A DNA stretch of 62,700 nucleotides, filler included. It is 2 parts of 2 records of this genome, joined end to end, with 100 filler letters (N's around TTAATTAATTAA, not from the genome) between each part and the next. Parts side by side here need not be neighbours in the genome. Positions count along the whole stretch, not along the records: positions 31,357 to 62,700 come from SRR20825006_85; 1 more part is not named here. The stretch is one strand, 5' to 3'. Positions 50,794-61,480 of this stretch are shown piece after piece. How positions within the stretch are numbered: the stretch's first letter is position 1; the number at the start of each line of letters is the position of its first letter. Position numbers and translations under genes: made by a program. The notes beneath the pieces are model-generated. The model searched no databases, had not been told where the DNA came from, and saw only the letters and a program-made list of their open reading frames with translations.

Positions 50794-51180
50794 ATGCAAA
50801 GAACTCTTCTGATCACCGGTGCGCTTTTAGGACTAACTGCTGTAATCTTGGGCGCATTTGGTGCGCACGGACTCAAAGAAAGTTTAACCCCTGAAGCTAT
50901 TGATTCGTTTGAAACCGGAGTGCGTTACCAAATGTATCACGCTTTTTTCCTTCTGCTAGTAGGAACCGTATTGCCTTTATCGCAAAAAGCACAGAAAATC
51001 AGTTTTTATCTGATTTTAATCGGCGTGATTTTATTTAGCGGCTCTATTTACTTACTCACCACAAAACCTATCACAGGTATTGATATTTCGGCGATCGCCT
51101 GGATCACTCCAATAGGTGGTGCTTTGCTTATTTCAGCCTGGATCGCAATCGCTTACAACTTTATCAAATTACTAAAATAA
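50794..51180 (+). CDS. DUF423 (YgdD/TMEM256) membrane protein
   Basis: GAFGAHG; YQMYHA; FSGSIY; TPIGG. Confidence 0.9.
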   Translation: MQRTLLITGALLGLTAVILGAFGAHGLKESLTPEAIDSFETGVRYQMYHAFFLLLVGTVLPLSQKAQKISFYLILIGVILFSGSIYLLTTKPITGIDISAIAWITPIGGALLISAWIAIAYNFIKLLK

Positions 51181-51250
51181 TTATCATTTTTTAACTATTT
51201 GATAATTTTAAAGCATTAGCTTTACATCGTATTTCTAAAAATTCAAATTT

Positions 51251-52861
51251 ATGGCTTCAACTGCCTTATTTACGAAAACGATTGCGATGACGCAATATGG
51301 AATCAAAAATGCAACAATTCATTATCAATTGCCTCCGGAAGAGCTGCATCAAATATGCGTACTTTTAGGTCAAGGCACCACTACAGACTCTGGTGCTTTA
51401 GCAATTGAAACCGGGAAATTTACCGGAAGATCCCCAAAAGATCGCTTTATTGTGATCGATGAATACACCCGAGACAAGGTCTGGTGGGGTGCTATCAACA
51501 TTCCTTTTGATAAAGCCAAATTTTACCGTTTAAAGGAAAAAATGACCACCTACCTTTCTGACCGTAAATTGTATGTACGCGATGCTTTTGCCTGCGCTGA
51601 TGAGCGCTATAAAATGGGCGTGCGTGTGGTGAATGAATTCCCCTGGTCTAACTTGTTTGTCTACAATATGTTTTTAAGACCAAGTGAAGATGAACTCGAG
51701 AATTTTAAGGAAAACTGGCTGGTGCTCAATGCGCCCGGCTTTAAGGCCGATCCTGAAATTGACGGTACGCGTCAAGAAAATTTTGCGATCATCAGTTTCG
51801 AAGAAAAAACGATTTTGATTGGTGGTACCGGCTACACCGGCGAAATCAAAAAAAGTATTTTTTCTGTACTAAACTTTGTACTGCCTACCGAAAAGAATAC
51901 GCTTCCTATGCATTGTTCAGCCAATGTGGGTGAGGATAATCAAACAGCAATTTTCTTTGGCTTGTCAGGCACCGGTAAAACCACGCTTAGCGCAGACCCT
52001 AACCGTAAGTTAATAGGTGATGATGAGCACGGTTGGACAGCTGACGATACAATTTTCAATTTTGAAGGAGGATGCTATGCTAAAGTGATCAATTTATCTG
52101 AAGCGCAAGAACCCGATATTTTTAATGCGATAAAACGGGGCGCACTATTAGAAAATGTGATTGTAAATCATCAGAAACAGGTGGACTACAGCAATACGAC
52201 GATCACGCCCAATACACGCGTGAGTTACCCAATACATCATATTGAAAATATTCAAAAGCCCTCTGTAGGTAATAATCCAAAGCATATTTTCTTTCTCACA
52301 GCAGATGCTTTTGGTGTATTGCCTCCTATTTCAAAATTGACACCGGGGCAAGCCGCTTATCATTTCATTAGCGGCTACACCGCAAAAGTTGCCGGTACAG
52401 AAGCTGGTGTAAATGAACCGGTACCTTCATTTTCTGCGTGTTTTGGAGCTCCCTTTATGCCTTTACACCCCACGCATTATGCTGAAATGCTCAGCGCAAA
52501 AATGAAAAAATCCGGGGTTAATGTTTGGTTGATCAATACAGGATGGACCGGAGGACCCTACGGTATTGGTAAGCGTATGAAATTAAAATATACGCGTGCG
52601 ATGATCAATGCGGTATTAAACGATGCTTTTGGCCCTATTAATCACGAGGACTATCATACGCATTCTGTTTTTGGAGTAGCACAACCACGCACGTGCCCGG
52701 GAGTTCCTGATGAGGTGTTGAGTCCGCGTCAAACCTGGGGCAATGATGAGGCATACTATGCAACAGCACACAAACTAGCCGCTTCTTTTAAAGAGAACTT
52801 TAAAAAGTTTGAAGCTTATGCAAATGAAGAAATTCTAGAAGGACAACCTCCGCTAGGATAG
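51251..52861 (+). CDS. pckA: PEP carboxykinase (ATP)
   Basis: TGRSPKD; GLSGTGKTT; IGDDEHGW; FEGGCYAK. Confidence 0.97.
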   Translation: MASTALFTKTIAMTQYGIKNATIHYQLPPEELHQICVLLGQGTTTDSGALAIETGKFTGRSPKDRFIVIDEYTRDKVWWGAINIPFDKAKFYRLKEKMTTYLSDRKLYVRDAFACADERYKMGVRVVNEFPWSNLFVYNMFLRPSEDELENFKENWLVLNAPGFKADPEIDGTRQENFAIISFEEKTILIGGTGYTGEIKKSIFSVLNFVLPTEKNTLPMHCSANVGEDNQTAIFFGLSGTGKTTLSADPNRKLIGDDEHGWTADDTIFNFEGGCYAKVINLSEAQEPDIFNAIKRGALLENVIVNHQKQVDYSNTTITPNTRVSYPIHHIENIQKPSVGNNPKHIFFLTADAFGVLPPISKLTPGQAAYHFISGYTAKVAGTEAGVNEPVPSFSACFGAPFMPLHPTHYAEMLSAKMKKSGVNVWLINTGWTGGPYGIGKRMKLKYTRAMINAVLNDAFGPINHEDYHTHSVFGVAQPRTCPGVPDEVLSPRQTWGNDEAYYATAHKLAASFKENFKKFEAYANEEILEGQPPLG

Positions 52862-52873
52862 TTAATTGAACAC

Positions 52874-52899
52874 AAAAGGCTCCTAATCAGGAGCCTTTT
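52874..52899. terminator. Bidirectional terminator
   Basis: AAAAGGCTCCT/AGGAGCCTTTT. Confidence 0.8.
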
Positions 52900-52920
52900 A
52901 ATTTTTTCTTAACCAGAAGA

Positions 52921-53673
52921 TTATTTTTTATTGACGTCGTCAATATACTTCTCTAAAGCCATCGTCATCGATGGGGTTTCTGGTGTAGGTGCTTTGATGT
53001 TTACTTTGAGTCCGGCTTCTTCTACCGCTCTAATTGTAGAGTTTCCAAATACTGCGATGCGGGTGTCATTCTGTTTAAAATCAGGAAAGTTTTCAAACAA
53101 CGACTTGATTCCACTTGGACTAAAGAACACAAGAATGTCATAAGTTACGTCTTTTAAGTGCGACAGGTCACTTACAACAGTTCGGTAAAAAATACCGCGG
53201 TCCCATTTTAAATTCAGATCGTTTAGAACATTGGGCACTTCAGGTTTTAAAGAATCTGATGATGGAAGTAAAAACTTCTCATTTTTGTATTTCTTTAAAA
53301 TTGGTGACATCTCAGTAAAAGTACGTTTCCCAACATAAATCTTACGTTTACGATACACAACATACTTCTGCAAATAGTAAGCTACCGCTTCACTCTGGCA
53401 GAAATACTTTAGGCTGTCTGGCACCTTAAAACGCATTTCCTCAGCAATTCTGAAAAAATTATCTACCGCATTACGGCTGGTTAAGATAATCGCAGTGTAT
53501 TTACTAAGGTCAATTTTTTGATGTCTAACCTCCTTGCCTGATACACCTTCAACGTGGATAAACGGAATGAAGTCAACTTTTACCTTCTTCTTTTCCTGTA
53601 ACTCAAAATAGGGGGAATTCTCAACTTTTGGTTCTGGTTGCGAAACCAAAATAGTCTTCACTTTCATAGACAT
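52921..53673 (-). CDS. Uroporphyrinogen-III synthase (HemD)-like protein
   Basis: ILVSQP; ILTSRNAV; YRTV; FFSPSGI. Confidence 0.8.
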   Translation of the reverse strand: MSMKVKTILVSQPEPKVENSPYFELQEKKKVKVDFIPFIHVEGVSGKEVRHQKIDLSKYTAIILTSRNAVDNFFRIAEEMRFKVPDSLKYFCQSEAVAYYLQKYVVYRKRKIYVGKRTFTEMSPILKKYKNEKFLLPSSDSLKPEVPNVLNDLNLKWDRGIFYRTVVSDLSHLKDVTYDILVFFSPSGIKSLFENFPDFKQNDTRIAVFGNSTIRAVEEAGLKVNIKAPTPETPSMTMALEKYIDDVNKK

Positions 53674-53709
53674 GCTAAATTTGTGTTTATTTCACGCTTC
53701 ATGTTCAAA

Positions 53710-54378
53710 CTATATAAAACTAAACACCTTATATAAAATGAAGTAGGGCGCAATTTCAAGTGCGCAAAGGTACAAAATAAAATAAAACAGATTATTGTAA
53801 ATCATATTTTCATACCTGCGGTACGTGTTAAAAAGGCTGATTACATTAAAAATCAGAAACAAAATCACTATGATCACAATCGCGATAAAACCCGGCGCGA
53901 GTGCATAAATAAAAATGGCATTTACCGGCAAAAGAAGCAACGCAAAGTAACTGCGGTAACTAAGCTTAGAGAACTGGTATGAATTGAGCTCTTGCTCCCC
54001 ATTAAAAAGTACGCCCAGCATACGTTCTATAAAAAACTTAAGCGATACAAAAACCACATAAGCCAAGACAATACGCACGTACAGCAAAAAATTTGAAGCG
54101 TCTGTGAGTACGTTTAACTCATTAAAAACAATGTAGATAAACAACGAAATCGAAAAAAACTGAATGGTAAACAAGATCAGGTTAAACGGGTTCTCAAACC
54201 TGATGTCTTTATTCGCCTTCAGCAAGTATTTTTCATTGATCAAGAGCTCTACAAAATCTACAAATCGGGTTTCATAAACAGCCTTTGCCACGGCAATTAA
54301 AACCAAGCATGTCACAAAGACAATCGTGATCCAGTCATTATTAATAAAACTGCGTTCTAAGGCTTGCAAACTCTTCAA
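53710..54378 (-). CDS. DUF4271 membrane protein
   Basis: Multi-TM; YFILYLCALEIAP C-terminal motif; start uncertain. Confidence 0.8.
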   Translation of the reverse strand: MKSLQALERSFINNDWITIVFVTCLVLIAVAKAVYETRFVDFVELLINEKYLLKANKDIRFENPFNLILFTIQFFSISLFIYIVFNELNVLTDASNFLLYVRIVLAYVVFVSLKFFIERMLGVLFNGEQELNSYQFSKLSYRSYFALLLLPVNAIFIYALAPGFIAIVIIVILFLIFNVISLFNTYRRYENMIYNNLFYFILYLCALEIAPYFILYKVFSFI

Positions 54379-54477
54379 TTTTTATGGGTTCAAAATTACT
54401 ATAAATACAAGAGTTTATAGAAATGCCGAAACAAATAACCTTCAAAATCTTTACATTTGCGCATAAATCACACAACG

Positions 54478-55209
54478 ATGGCAGGTTCGCTCGTCATAAT
54501 TCCCACCTACAACGAAGCTGAAAATATTGAAAAGTTGGTGCGTAATATTTTTGCGCAGCAACGTGCGTTTGAGGTTTTGGTTGTTGATGACAATTCGCCA
54601 GACGGAACCGCCGCATTGGTCAAGAATTTACAGCAGGAATTTATAGGTCAAATACACCTGCTTGAGCGTTCAGGCAAAAATGGCTTGGGCACGGCATACA
54701 TCGCAGGATTCAAATGGGCTCTGGAACGAGATTATGCATACATATTTGAGATGGATGCAGATTTCTCTCACGCCCCTAATGACCTGATCAGACTGTATAA
54801 CGCTTGTGCTAAAGGTGGTGCAGATCTAGCCATTGGTTCGCGATACAAAACCGGAGTCAATGTAGTAAACTGGCCTATGGGACGCGTCTTAATGTCATAC
54901 ATCGCGTCAAAATATGTTAGATTTATAACTGGCTTAGATATTGCAGATACGACCGCAGGTTTTATTTGCTATAAACGTGAAGTTTTAGAAAAAATAACGC
55001 TCGACAAAATCAAGTTTGTAGGTTATGCGTTTCAGATTGAAATGAAATTCAAAGCGCATTTACTTGGTTTTAAAATTATTGAAGTACCGGTAATCTTTGT
55101 TGATCGCACTAAAGGCACTAGCAAGATGAGCACCGGTATTTTTAGTGAAGCCGTTTTTGGCGTTTTAGGAATGAAGTTTAAAAGTCTTTTTAAAAGTTAC
55201 GATATATAG
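54478..55209 (+). CDS. Polyprenol-phosphate mannosyltransferase (GT2, DPM1-like)
   Basis: IIPTYNE; DDNSPDGT; GLGTAY; MDADFSH. Confidence 0.92.
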   Translation: MAGSLVIIPTYNEAENIEKLVRNIFAQQRAFEVLVVDDNSPDGTAALVKNLQQEFIGQIHLLERSGKNGLGTAYIAGFKWALERDYAYIFEMDADFSHAPNDLIRLYNACAKGGADLAIGSRYKTGVNVVNWPMGRVLMSYIASKYVRFITGLDIADTTAGFICYKREVLEKITLDKIKFVGYAFQIEMKFKAHLLGFKIIEVPVIFVDRTKGTSKMSTGIFSEAVFGVLGMKFKSLFKSYDI

Positions 55210-56550
55210 ATGGAAAAGGTACTGATCAAAGATGCACATATCGTAAATGAAGGCACCATTATGCGTGGCGACGTTTACATTGAACACGGAATTATTGTTG
55301 AAATAAGCCAAAACCTTAGTGTTAAAGGTCCGGATGTACATGTTTTTGATGCCGAAGGAAAACACCTTTTACCCGGGGTGATCGATGATCAGGTACATTT
55401 TAGAGAACCCGGCCTCACGCATAAAGCAACCATTGGGTCTGAATCTCGCGCAGCCGTAGCCGGCGGAATCACTTCGTTCATTGAGATGCCTAATACGATT
55501 CCTCAGGCAACCACTATCGAAAAATTAGAGGAAAAATTTACGCGTGCTGCCGAAACCTCACATGCCAACTACTCATTTATGTTTGGCGGGACTAACGATA
55601 ACCTTTCTGAAATAAAGAAGGTTGATAAATCAAAGGTTGCCGGCCTCAAACTTTTCTTAGGAAGCTCTACCGGAAACATGCTCGTTGATGATGAAGAAGT
55701 GCTACGAGAAATCTTTAAAAGCACAGATCTTGTAATTTCGGTGCATTGTGAGGATGAAGAAACGATCAAGAAAAATCTTGCGATCTATAAAGAGCGTTAT
55801 GGTGACGATATTCCTATTAATATGCATCCTATTATTCGCAGTGAAGAAGCCTGCTATTTATCTTCTTCAAAAGCGATCGCTTTAGCTAAAGAAACCGGCG
55901 CACGTCTGCATGTTTTTCACCTTTCTACAGCGAAAGAAATGGAACTTTTCAGCAATAAAATTCCATTAAAAGATAAAAAGATCACTGCCGAGGTTTGTAT
56001 TCACCATCTTTGGTTTTCTGATGAGGACTATGAAGACAAGCAAACCCTTATAAAATGGAACCCGGCAGTAAAGAAAAAAACAGACCGTGCAGCATTATGG
56101 GAAGCTTTACTTGATGATCGTCTAGATGTGATTGCTACAGATCACGCCCCGCATACATTAGAAGAAAAGCAAAACGTTTACACCAAAGCACCTAGCGGCG
56201 GACCTCTAGTACAACACGCGTTACCGGCTATGCTTGAAAAGTATCACGAAGGCAAAATTAGCCTTGAGAAGATCGTTGAAAAAATGTGCCACAATCCCGC
56301 CATTCTTTTTGAAGTTGAAAAACGCGGATATATCAAACCCGGTTATTATGCTGATCTTGTTTTAGTAGACTTAAACAATCCGTGGACGGTAACCACAGAC
56401 AATATTCTTTATAAATGCAAATGGTCTCCTTTTGAAGGAAACACTTTTAAATCCCGCATCTCTCATACTTTTGTCAATGGCCAATTGGCTTATAAGAATT
56501 TTAAGGTATACGATGAGAAACACGGCAAGCGTTTAACTTTTAATCGATGA
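55210..56550 (+). CDS. pyrC: Dihydroorotase
   Basis: DDQVHFREPG; HCED; HVFHLS; ATDHAPH. Confidence 0.9.
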   Translation: MEKVLIKDAHIVNEGTIMRGDVYIEHGIIVEISQNLSVKGPDVHVFDAEGKHLLPGVIDDQVHFREPGLTHKATIGSESRAAVAGGITSFIEMPNTIPQATTIEKLEEKFTRAAETSHANYSFMFGGTNDNLSEIKKVDKSKVAGLKLFLGSSTGNMLVDDEEVLREIFKSTDLVISVHCEDEETIKKNLAIYKERYGDDIPINMHPIIRSEEACYLSSSKAIALAKETGARLHVFHLSTAKEMELFSNKIPLKDKKITAEVCIHHLWFSDEDYEDKQTLIKWNPAVKKKTDRAALWEALLDDRLDVIATDHAPHTLEEKQNVYTKAPSGGPLVQHALPAMLEKYHEGKISLEKIVEKMCHNPAILFEVEKRGYIKPGYYADLVLVDLNNPWTVTTDNILYKCKWSPFEGNTFKSRISHTFVNGQLAYKNFKVYDEKHGKRLTFNR

Positions 56551-57017
56551 TCAAAAAAGGCTACATTTTGCTTTTAGTTGTTTTGGCAGTCGTGAGCTGC
56601 CACGATATCGAGCGCCCAAAAAAGCCTGATAATTTTATTGAGCGGGAGAAAATGACGGATATCTTATATGATATTTCGCTCTTACGTGCTTTAAAGACCT
56701 ATAGTGTAAACGATATGCGTGCTTTAGGCTTAGAGCCAGATTCTTTTATCTATGACAAATATGACGTTGACAGTCTACAACTCGCTCAAAGTATTGACTA
56801 CTACAGCGTAAACTTTAATGAATACACGTCGATTTGGGAAGAAGTCAATGCGCGTTTGACCGCACAACGTGATGAGATTCAGTTTGAGCAAAATGATTTG
56901 GATAGCATACGCATTGAAGAAAGCAAACGCAAAAGAGATTCCATTAAAAAAGCCAATCAACCTCGTCCTGACATCGAACTCGAAAACGATTCTATTTTAG
57001 CTCCTGTGAGCAGTTAA
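56547..57017 (+). CDS. DUF4296 lipoprotein
   Basis: Lipobox VVSC; KPDNFI; KMTDILYD; YDVDS; YY. Confidence 0.78.
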   Translation: MIKKGYILLLVVLAVVSCHDIERPKKPDNFIEREKMTDILYDISLLRALKTYSVNDMRALGLEPDSFIYDKYDVDSLQLAQSIDYYSVNFNEYTSIWEEVNARLTAQRDEIQFEQNDLDSIRIEESKRKRDSIKKANQPRPDIELENDSILAPVSS

Positions 57018-58020
57018 AATGTTTTGCAACTCGGCTGAGTGTAGTTTCTATGGGAGTGTACTCAAATTCAGGAAAGGGAGTTTTTAGTTTATCAGCCTTA
57101 TAAACCGTTTGAGTGTAAGCAGATTTGGCGGTGCTTTTGGTAAGCTGACGCCGTTTACCAAAAAGACTTAAAAACCAATCTATTTTACAAGCGAGATCAA
57201 GCTGCCATTTCTTAAGCATTTTAGACGGAGCCTTTACTCCTAGGTCTGTCGCTGCCTTTTTCAATACGGTTTCAAAAGCAAGATTATGTCCTACCAGAAT
57301 GTAGCGTTCATTAAGCATATCGCTTTGCATTAAAGCGATCATCGCGCGCACTACATCAACGACATCTACAAATCCTGTAGCACCGGGAACCGTGAATTTT
57401 AGTCCGTTTGCAATTTGTTTAAACATCGTACCGCTTCCACTGTCGTAAAAGCCTTCTCCCAAAATCACTCCCGGATTCACGATCACCACATCGAGGCCTT
57501 CTTGCGTACCCCGCCAGACCTCCATTTCTGAAGCGAATTTTGAAATACTATAAACGCTATTTTCTTTATTGGCTTCCCAGTGCGTTTCTTCAGTAATTGC
57601 TTTTACACCATCTCCCAAAGCCGCCACAGAGCTCACATAGCAACATTTTTCAACTTGATGCTTTAAACATAAATTGATAATATTCGCCGTACCTTCAACA
57701 TTGTTCTTTTGAAGTTCGTCAAAACGTTTAGGATTAAAAGAAACCAGCGCAGCACAATGGTAAACTCTAGTTATTCCTGTGAATGCTTCGGTTAGTGCAG
57801 GAATATCAGTTACATCTGCCTGAAGCCATTCGATCTGCGAAAAATCAGCCGTAAACTCAGCAGTTTCTTCACGTTCATTTTTCCATTGAAAAAGCGCTTC
57901 TACCGCTTTAATTTTAGCTTCGGTTCTATAGATCGCACGAATCTTATTTTCGCCTTGCGCAACCAATTGCCACAACAAATGCGAGCCCACTAAACCGGTA
58001 CCTCCAGTAACTAAAATCAT
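56992..58020 (-). CDS. NAD-dependent epimerase/dehydratase
   Basis: MILVTGGTGLVGS; HCAA; YSISK. Confidence 0.9.
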   Translation of the reverse strand: MILVTGGTGLVGSHLLWQLVAQGENKIRAIYRTEAKIKAVEALFQWKNEREETAEFTADFSQIEWLQADVTDIPALTEAFTGITRVYHCAALVSFNPKRFDELQKNNVEGTANIINLCLKHQVEKCCYVSSVAALGDGVKAITEETHWEANKENSVYSISKFASEMEVWRGTQEGLDVVIVNPGVILGEGFYDSGSGTMFKQIANGLKFTVPGATGFVDVVDVVRAMIALMQSDMLNERYILVGHNLAFETVLKKAATDLGVKAPSKMLKKWQLDLACKIDWFLSLFGKRRQLTKSTAKSAYTQTVYKADKLKTPFPEFEYTPIETTLSRVAKHFNCSQELK

Positions 58021-58207
58021 AGCTACGAAGTTAGGCATATTCTTCTATTCTTGCTGCCAAGCTTTGGGCATTATATTTATATTTGCAGGCTTATAAATAG
58101 TCACCCGTTGACTTGTCGCTGCGGTTTTAGAAACTGATTTTTTCATCAACGCCCGCAGCACTAAGAAAAAACATATTAAATCGCGCTTGGCGCGTAAACT
58201 TGCAATT

Positions 58208-59506
58208 ATGATTACCAATTTTGTTGAAGAGCTGCAATGGCGTGGGATGATTCACGATGTGATGCCCGGGACTGAAGAACACCTTATGGAACAGATGAGA
58301 TCTGCTTATGTGGGGATCGACCCAACTGCAGACTCGCTTCATATAGGTCACCTCGTGGGCGTTATGATGCTCAAACATTTTCAGGCAAGCGGTCACAGGC
58401 CTATTGCGCTTGTAGGTGGTGCCACGGGTATGATTGGCGATCCTTCGGGGAAATCTGATGAGCGTAATCTGCTTGATGAAGAAACCTTGCGCCACAATCA
58501 GGAAGCCATTAAGGAGCAATTATCGCGCTTTCTGGATTTTGATTCTGATGAAGAAAACGCAGCGGTTCTTGTGAACAACTACGACTGGATGAAAGATTTT
58601 AGCTTTCTGGAGTTTATACGCGATGTGGGTAAACACATCACCGTAAACTATATGATGGCTAAAGATTCGGTTAAAAAACGTTTGTCTGCAGAATCTGCGG
58701 AAGGAATGAGTTTCACTGAGTTTACCTACCAACTCGTTCAGGGTTATGACTTTTTACATTTATATCGTGAGAAAGAGCTAACACTGCAAATGGGCGGAAG
58801 CGATCAATGGGGAAACATCACTACAGGAACTGAATTGGTACGCAGAATTGGCGGCGGAAAAGCGTATGCAATGACTTGCCCGCTGATCACCAAAGCAGAC
58901 GGAACAAAATTTGGGAAAACTGCCGGTGGTAATATTTGGTTAGATGCAGAACGCACTTCTCCGTATAGATTTTACCAATATTGGTTGAATACCAGCGACG
59001 AGGATGCAGCAAAATACATTAAGATTTTCACGTTCTTAGGAAAAGAGGAAATTGAGAATCTTATCGCAGAGCATCAGGAAGCGCCGCATCAGCGTGCTTT
59101 GCAAAAGCGCCTGGCAGAAGAAGTAACCATAAGCACTCATGGTGTTGAAAATTATGAGAACGCGGTAAAAGCTTCAGAAATTCTCTTCGGAAAATCTACA
59201 GCTGCAAACCTAAAAGCGCTTAACGAGAAAACCTTTTTAGATGTTTTTGAAGGGGTTCCGCAAGCGGAAGTAAGCCGTGGTGAGATCGAAGCAGGATTAG
59301 ATATGGTAAATGCACTTGCAGAAAAAACCGGATTTTTAAAATCTAACGGAGAAGCAAGACGTGCTTTAAAACAGAATTCAATTTCTGTAAATCAGGAAAA
59401 AGTAGCTGAAGATTTCACCATCACTACAGATGATTTGATCAACGACCGTTTTGTACTCTTACAACGCGGAAAGAAGAATTACTTTGTGATTCGCATTCTT
59501 GATTAA
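58208..59506 (+). CDS. tyrS: Tyrosine--tRNA ligase
   Basis: [24 protein letters not shown]-terminal S4-like domain. Confidence 0.97.
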   Translation: MITNFVEELQWRGMIHDVMPGTEEHLMEQMRSAYVGIDPTADSLHIGHLVGVMMLKHFQASGHRPIALVGGATGMIGDPSGKSDERNLLDEETLRHNQEAIKEQLSRFLDFDSDEENAAVLVNNYDWMKDFSFLEFIRDVGKHITVNYMMAKDSVKKRLSAESAEGMSFTEFTYQLVQGYDFLHLYREKELTLQMGGSDQWGNITTGTELVRRIGGGKAYAMTCPLITKADGTKFGKTAGGNIWLDAERTSPYRFYQYWLNTSDEDAAKYIKIFTFLGKEEIENLIAEHQEAPHQRALQKRLAEEVTISTHGVENYENAVKASEILFGKSTAANLKALNEKTFLDVFEGVPQAEVSRGEIEAGLDMVNALAEKTGFLKSNGEARRALKQNSISVNQEKVAEDFTITTDDLINDRFVLLQRGKKNYFVIRILD

Positions 59507-59526
59507 ACAGAATATAAGTAGAAGCG

Positions 59527-59563
59527 AAAAGCCTCAAACAGTATTCTTGTTTGAGGCTTTTTT
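59527..59563. terminator. Bidirectional terminator between tyrS and the toxin gene
   Basis: AAAAGCCTCAAACA/TGTTTGAGGCTTTT. Confidence 0.85.
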
Positions 59564-59567
59564 GTTT

Positions 59568-59873
59568 TTATAAATTCAACATCTTGTCTGGATCACGTCG
59601 TACGCGAAAAACATCATTGATTAGTACTACATCCACATCCTCTATTCTATAAATCAATTTATAGTTACCTATCAAAATATAACGATACGTAAATTTCAAA
59701 GATTTAAGGTTTTCTTCAATTTGACCTGACTCTGGATGTTTCTCTAAATACTTGGAAGCACTTAAAATTTCAGTTCTTATTTTATGTGCTACACGCTTAT
59801 TTACGTGCTCTGCATAATACTCAAAAATTTCTTTTAAGCGATCAATTGCAAATTGAGTCCAGACAATACGCAT
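59568..59873 (-). CDS. Type II toxin, RelE/ParE family
   Basis: MRIVWTQFA..RL.EI.EY; HPESGQ; YKLIYRI; RRDP. Confidence 0.88.
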   Translation of the reverse strand: MRIVWTQFAIDRLKEIFEYYAEHVNKRVAHKIRTEILSASKYLEKHPESGQIEENLKSLKFTYRYILIGNYKLIYRIEDVDVVLINDVFRVRRDPDKMLNL

Positions 59874-59880
59874 AATTTCA

Positions 59881-60096
59881 TCACCACTTTTCTGATGCTC
59901 TATTTAAATCTTTCAGAGATTGTACTCGACCTTGAGTAAAATCATCTTCAGATTCCTGAACACGGGCTATTAAATCCTCTCTTGAAAAGCGCGCACCTTC
60001 ATCTTCAGAATTCAAAAGCTGTTCAATCAATTGATCTATTGAAAACTCTTCCGGCAGATGTTCTAACTGTTTTAATATTTTAGTTTTAGTCCACAT
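59881..60096 (-). CDS. Putative cognate antitoxin
   Basis: Small acidic ORF 7 nt upstream of the toxin; LPEEFSIDQLI...SEDDFTQGRV pattern. Confidence 0.75.
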   Translation of the reverse strand: MWTKTKILKQLEHLPEEFSIDQLIEQLLNSEDEGARFSREDLIARVQESEDDFTQGRVQSLKDLNRASEKW

Positions 60097-60125
60097 TTTC
60101 AAAACTTTATAGCTTGAAGTTACAC

Positions 60126-60159
60126 AAAAAACCCATTCCGTTTAAATGGAATGGGTTTT
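60126..60159 (-). terminator. Terminator after the zinc metallopeptidase
   Basis: AAAACCCATTCC/GGAATGGGTTTT. Confidence 0.8.
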
Positions 60160-60182
60160 AAATTTTTATAGGCGTTACGTGC

Positions 60183-60878
60183 TTAACGTCTTCCGCCAAA
60201 AATCTGTAAAGCGAAATATAACAAGGTTGCAAGCGAACCAATCGCAGCTACAACGTAAGTTCTGGCAGCCCATTTTAAAGCATCTTTGGCTCCGTCGTGT
60301 TCTCTAGGTGTTAACATATTAGCCGATTCTAACCAAGCCAATGCACGGTTACTGGCATCATATTCTACCGGAAGGGTAATGAATGAAAATAAGGTTCCCA
60401 TAGCAAATAAACCAAGCCCGATAATCGCAACGGTCATTCCTAAACCAGAACCAATGATCGACATCAAAACGATTCCTCCAATGATCACAAACATAGACAT
60501 ACGCGATGCAACACTAACCACAGGCACCAGTTTTGAACGCATCGTCAACCAGCTATACGCCTTTGCGTGCTGCACTGCGTGACCGCACTCGTGTGCAGCA
60601 ACGGCAGCTGCAGCAGCATTGCGTTGATTATATACAGGTTCGCTCAAATTAACGGTTTTCTTGGCAGGATTATAATGGTCTGTCAACTGCCCCTGCACTG
60701 AGATCACCTTTACATCAGTAATCCCATTATCGCTAAGCATTTTACGCGCGATCTCTGCCCCGCTCATTCCATTTTGTAGATGAACTTGAGAGTATTCTTT
60801 AAACTTACTTTTTAATTTATTACTTACTAGCCAACTTACCAATGCAATCGCACCAATAAGTATATAATATCCCATCAT
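60183..60878 (-). CDS. Membrane zinc metallopeptidase (YugP-like)
   Basis: LTDHYNP; AAHECGHAVQH; TLPVEYDAS; AARTYV. Confidence 0.92.
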   Translation of the reverse strand: MMGYYILIGAIALVSWLVSNKLKSKFKEYSQVHLQNGMSGAEIARKMLSDNGITDVKVISVQGQLTDHYNPAKKTVNLSEPVYNQRNAAAAAVAAHECGHAVQHAKAYSWLTMRSKLVPVVSVASRMSMFVIIGGIVLMSIIGSGLGMTVAIIGLGLFAMGTLFSFITLPVEYDASNRALAWLESANMLTPREHDGAKDALKWAARTYVVAAIGSLATLLYFALQIFGGRR

Positions 60879-61075
60879 AGCTTTGTATTTAAGTTGTTTT
60901 TAAAACTAACCAATATAAACAAAAAATAAGCCGAAAATTTCTGCTGCCGTTTTGACTTATTAGTTATGCCGTTAAGATTCAAGACACCCACCCCATCAGA
61001 GGCGGCCTTTACCAAATCTAGTGGACCACTCCGAACTCACTTTGAGAGTAGTAGCTCATAGAGATATCATCAAAA

Positions 61076-61480
61076 CTAGTCTCGATATTTAAGTAAAACT
61101 GCATTATAGATTCTTACTGTATTAACAGAATTGGTTGTTTTCACGGTTTTAGAATCCTCATCCTCTTCAACAGAAGTCTTAGTTTCATCACTGATCCATT
61201 TTTCTTGAGGCATTCCTCCGTATAAGATTGCATCAGCTCCTACACTTTTTGCTTTGGCCAGCATTACTGCCTGCACATCTTCTGCATTGTCAATTTCGCC
61301 GGGATGACCATTATTTTCAATTTTTCCCATTACCAAATAATCCTTTTCAATATCCTGCTCATCAAAAAAGATCTCAACATTGGTGCTGGGCGCATAACTT
61401 CGGCCTAAATAATTTACGGTGGGTTTGCAGGAAATTAAACATAAAACGATGCCTAAGAATCCAAGTAGTGTTTTGTTCAT
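61076..61480 (-). CDS. Lipoprotein of unknown function
   Basis: MNKTLLGFLGIVLCLISC lipobox; KAKSVGADAI resembles a YbjQ/RcsF-like motif. Confidence 0.7.
   Translation of the reverse strand: MNKTLLGFLGIVLCLISCKPTVNYLGRSYAPSTNVEIFFDEQDIEKDYLVMGKIENNGHPGEIDNAEDVQAVMLAKAKSVGADAILYGGMPQEKWISDETKTSVEEDEDSKTVKTTNSVNTVRIYNAVLLKYRD

Noticed and set aside
60975..61075. Somewhat GC-rich intergenic patch with AGTGG-A-CCACT as a REP or IS remnant
   Set aside because: No second copy, terminal repeats or target duplication visible in the window
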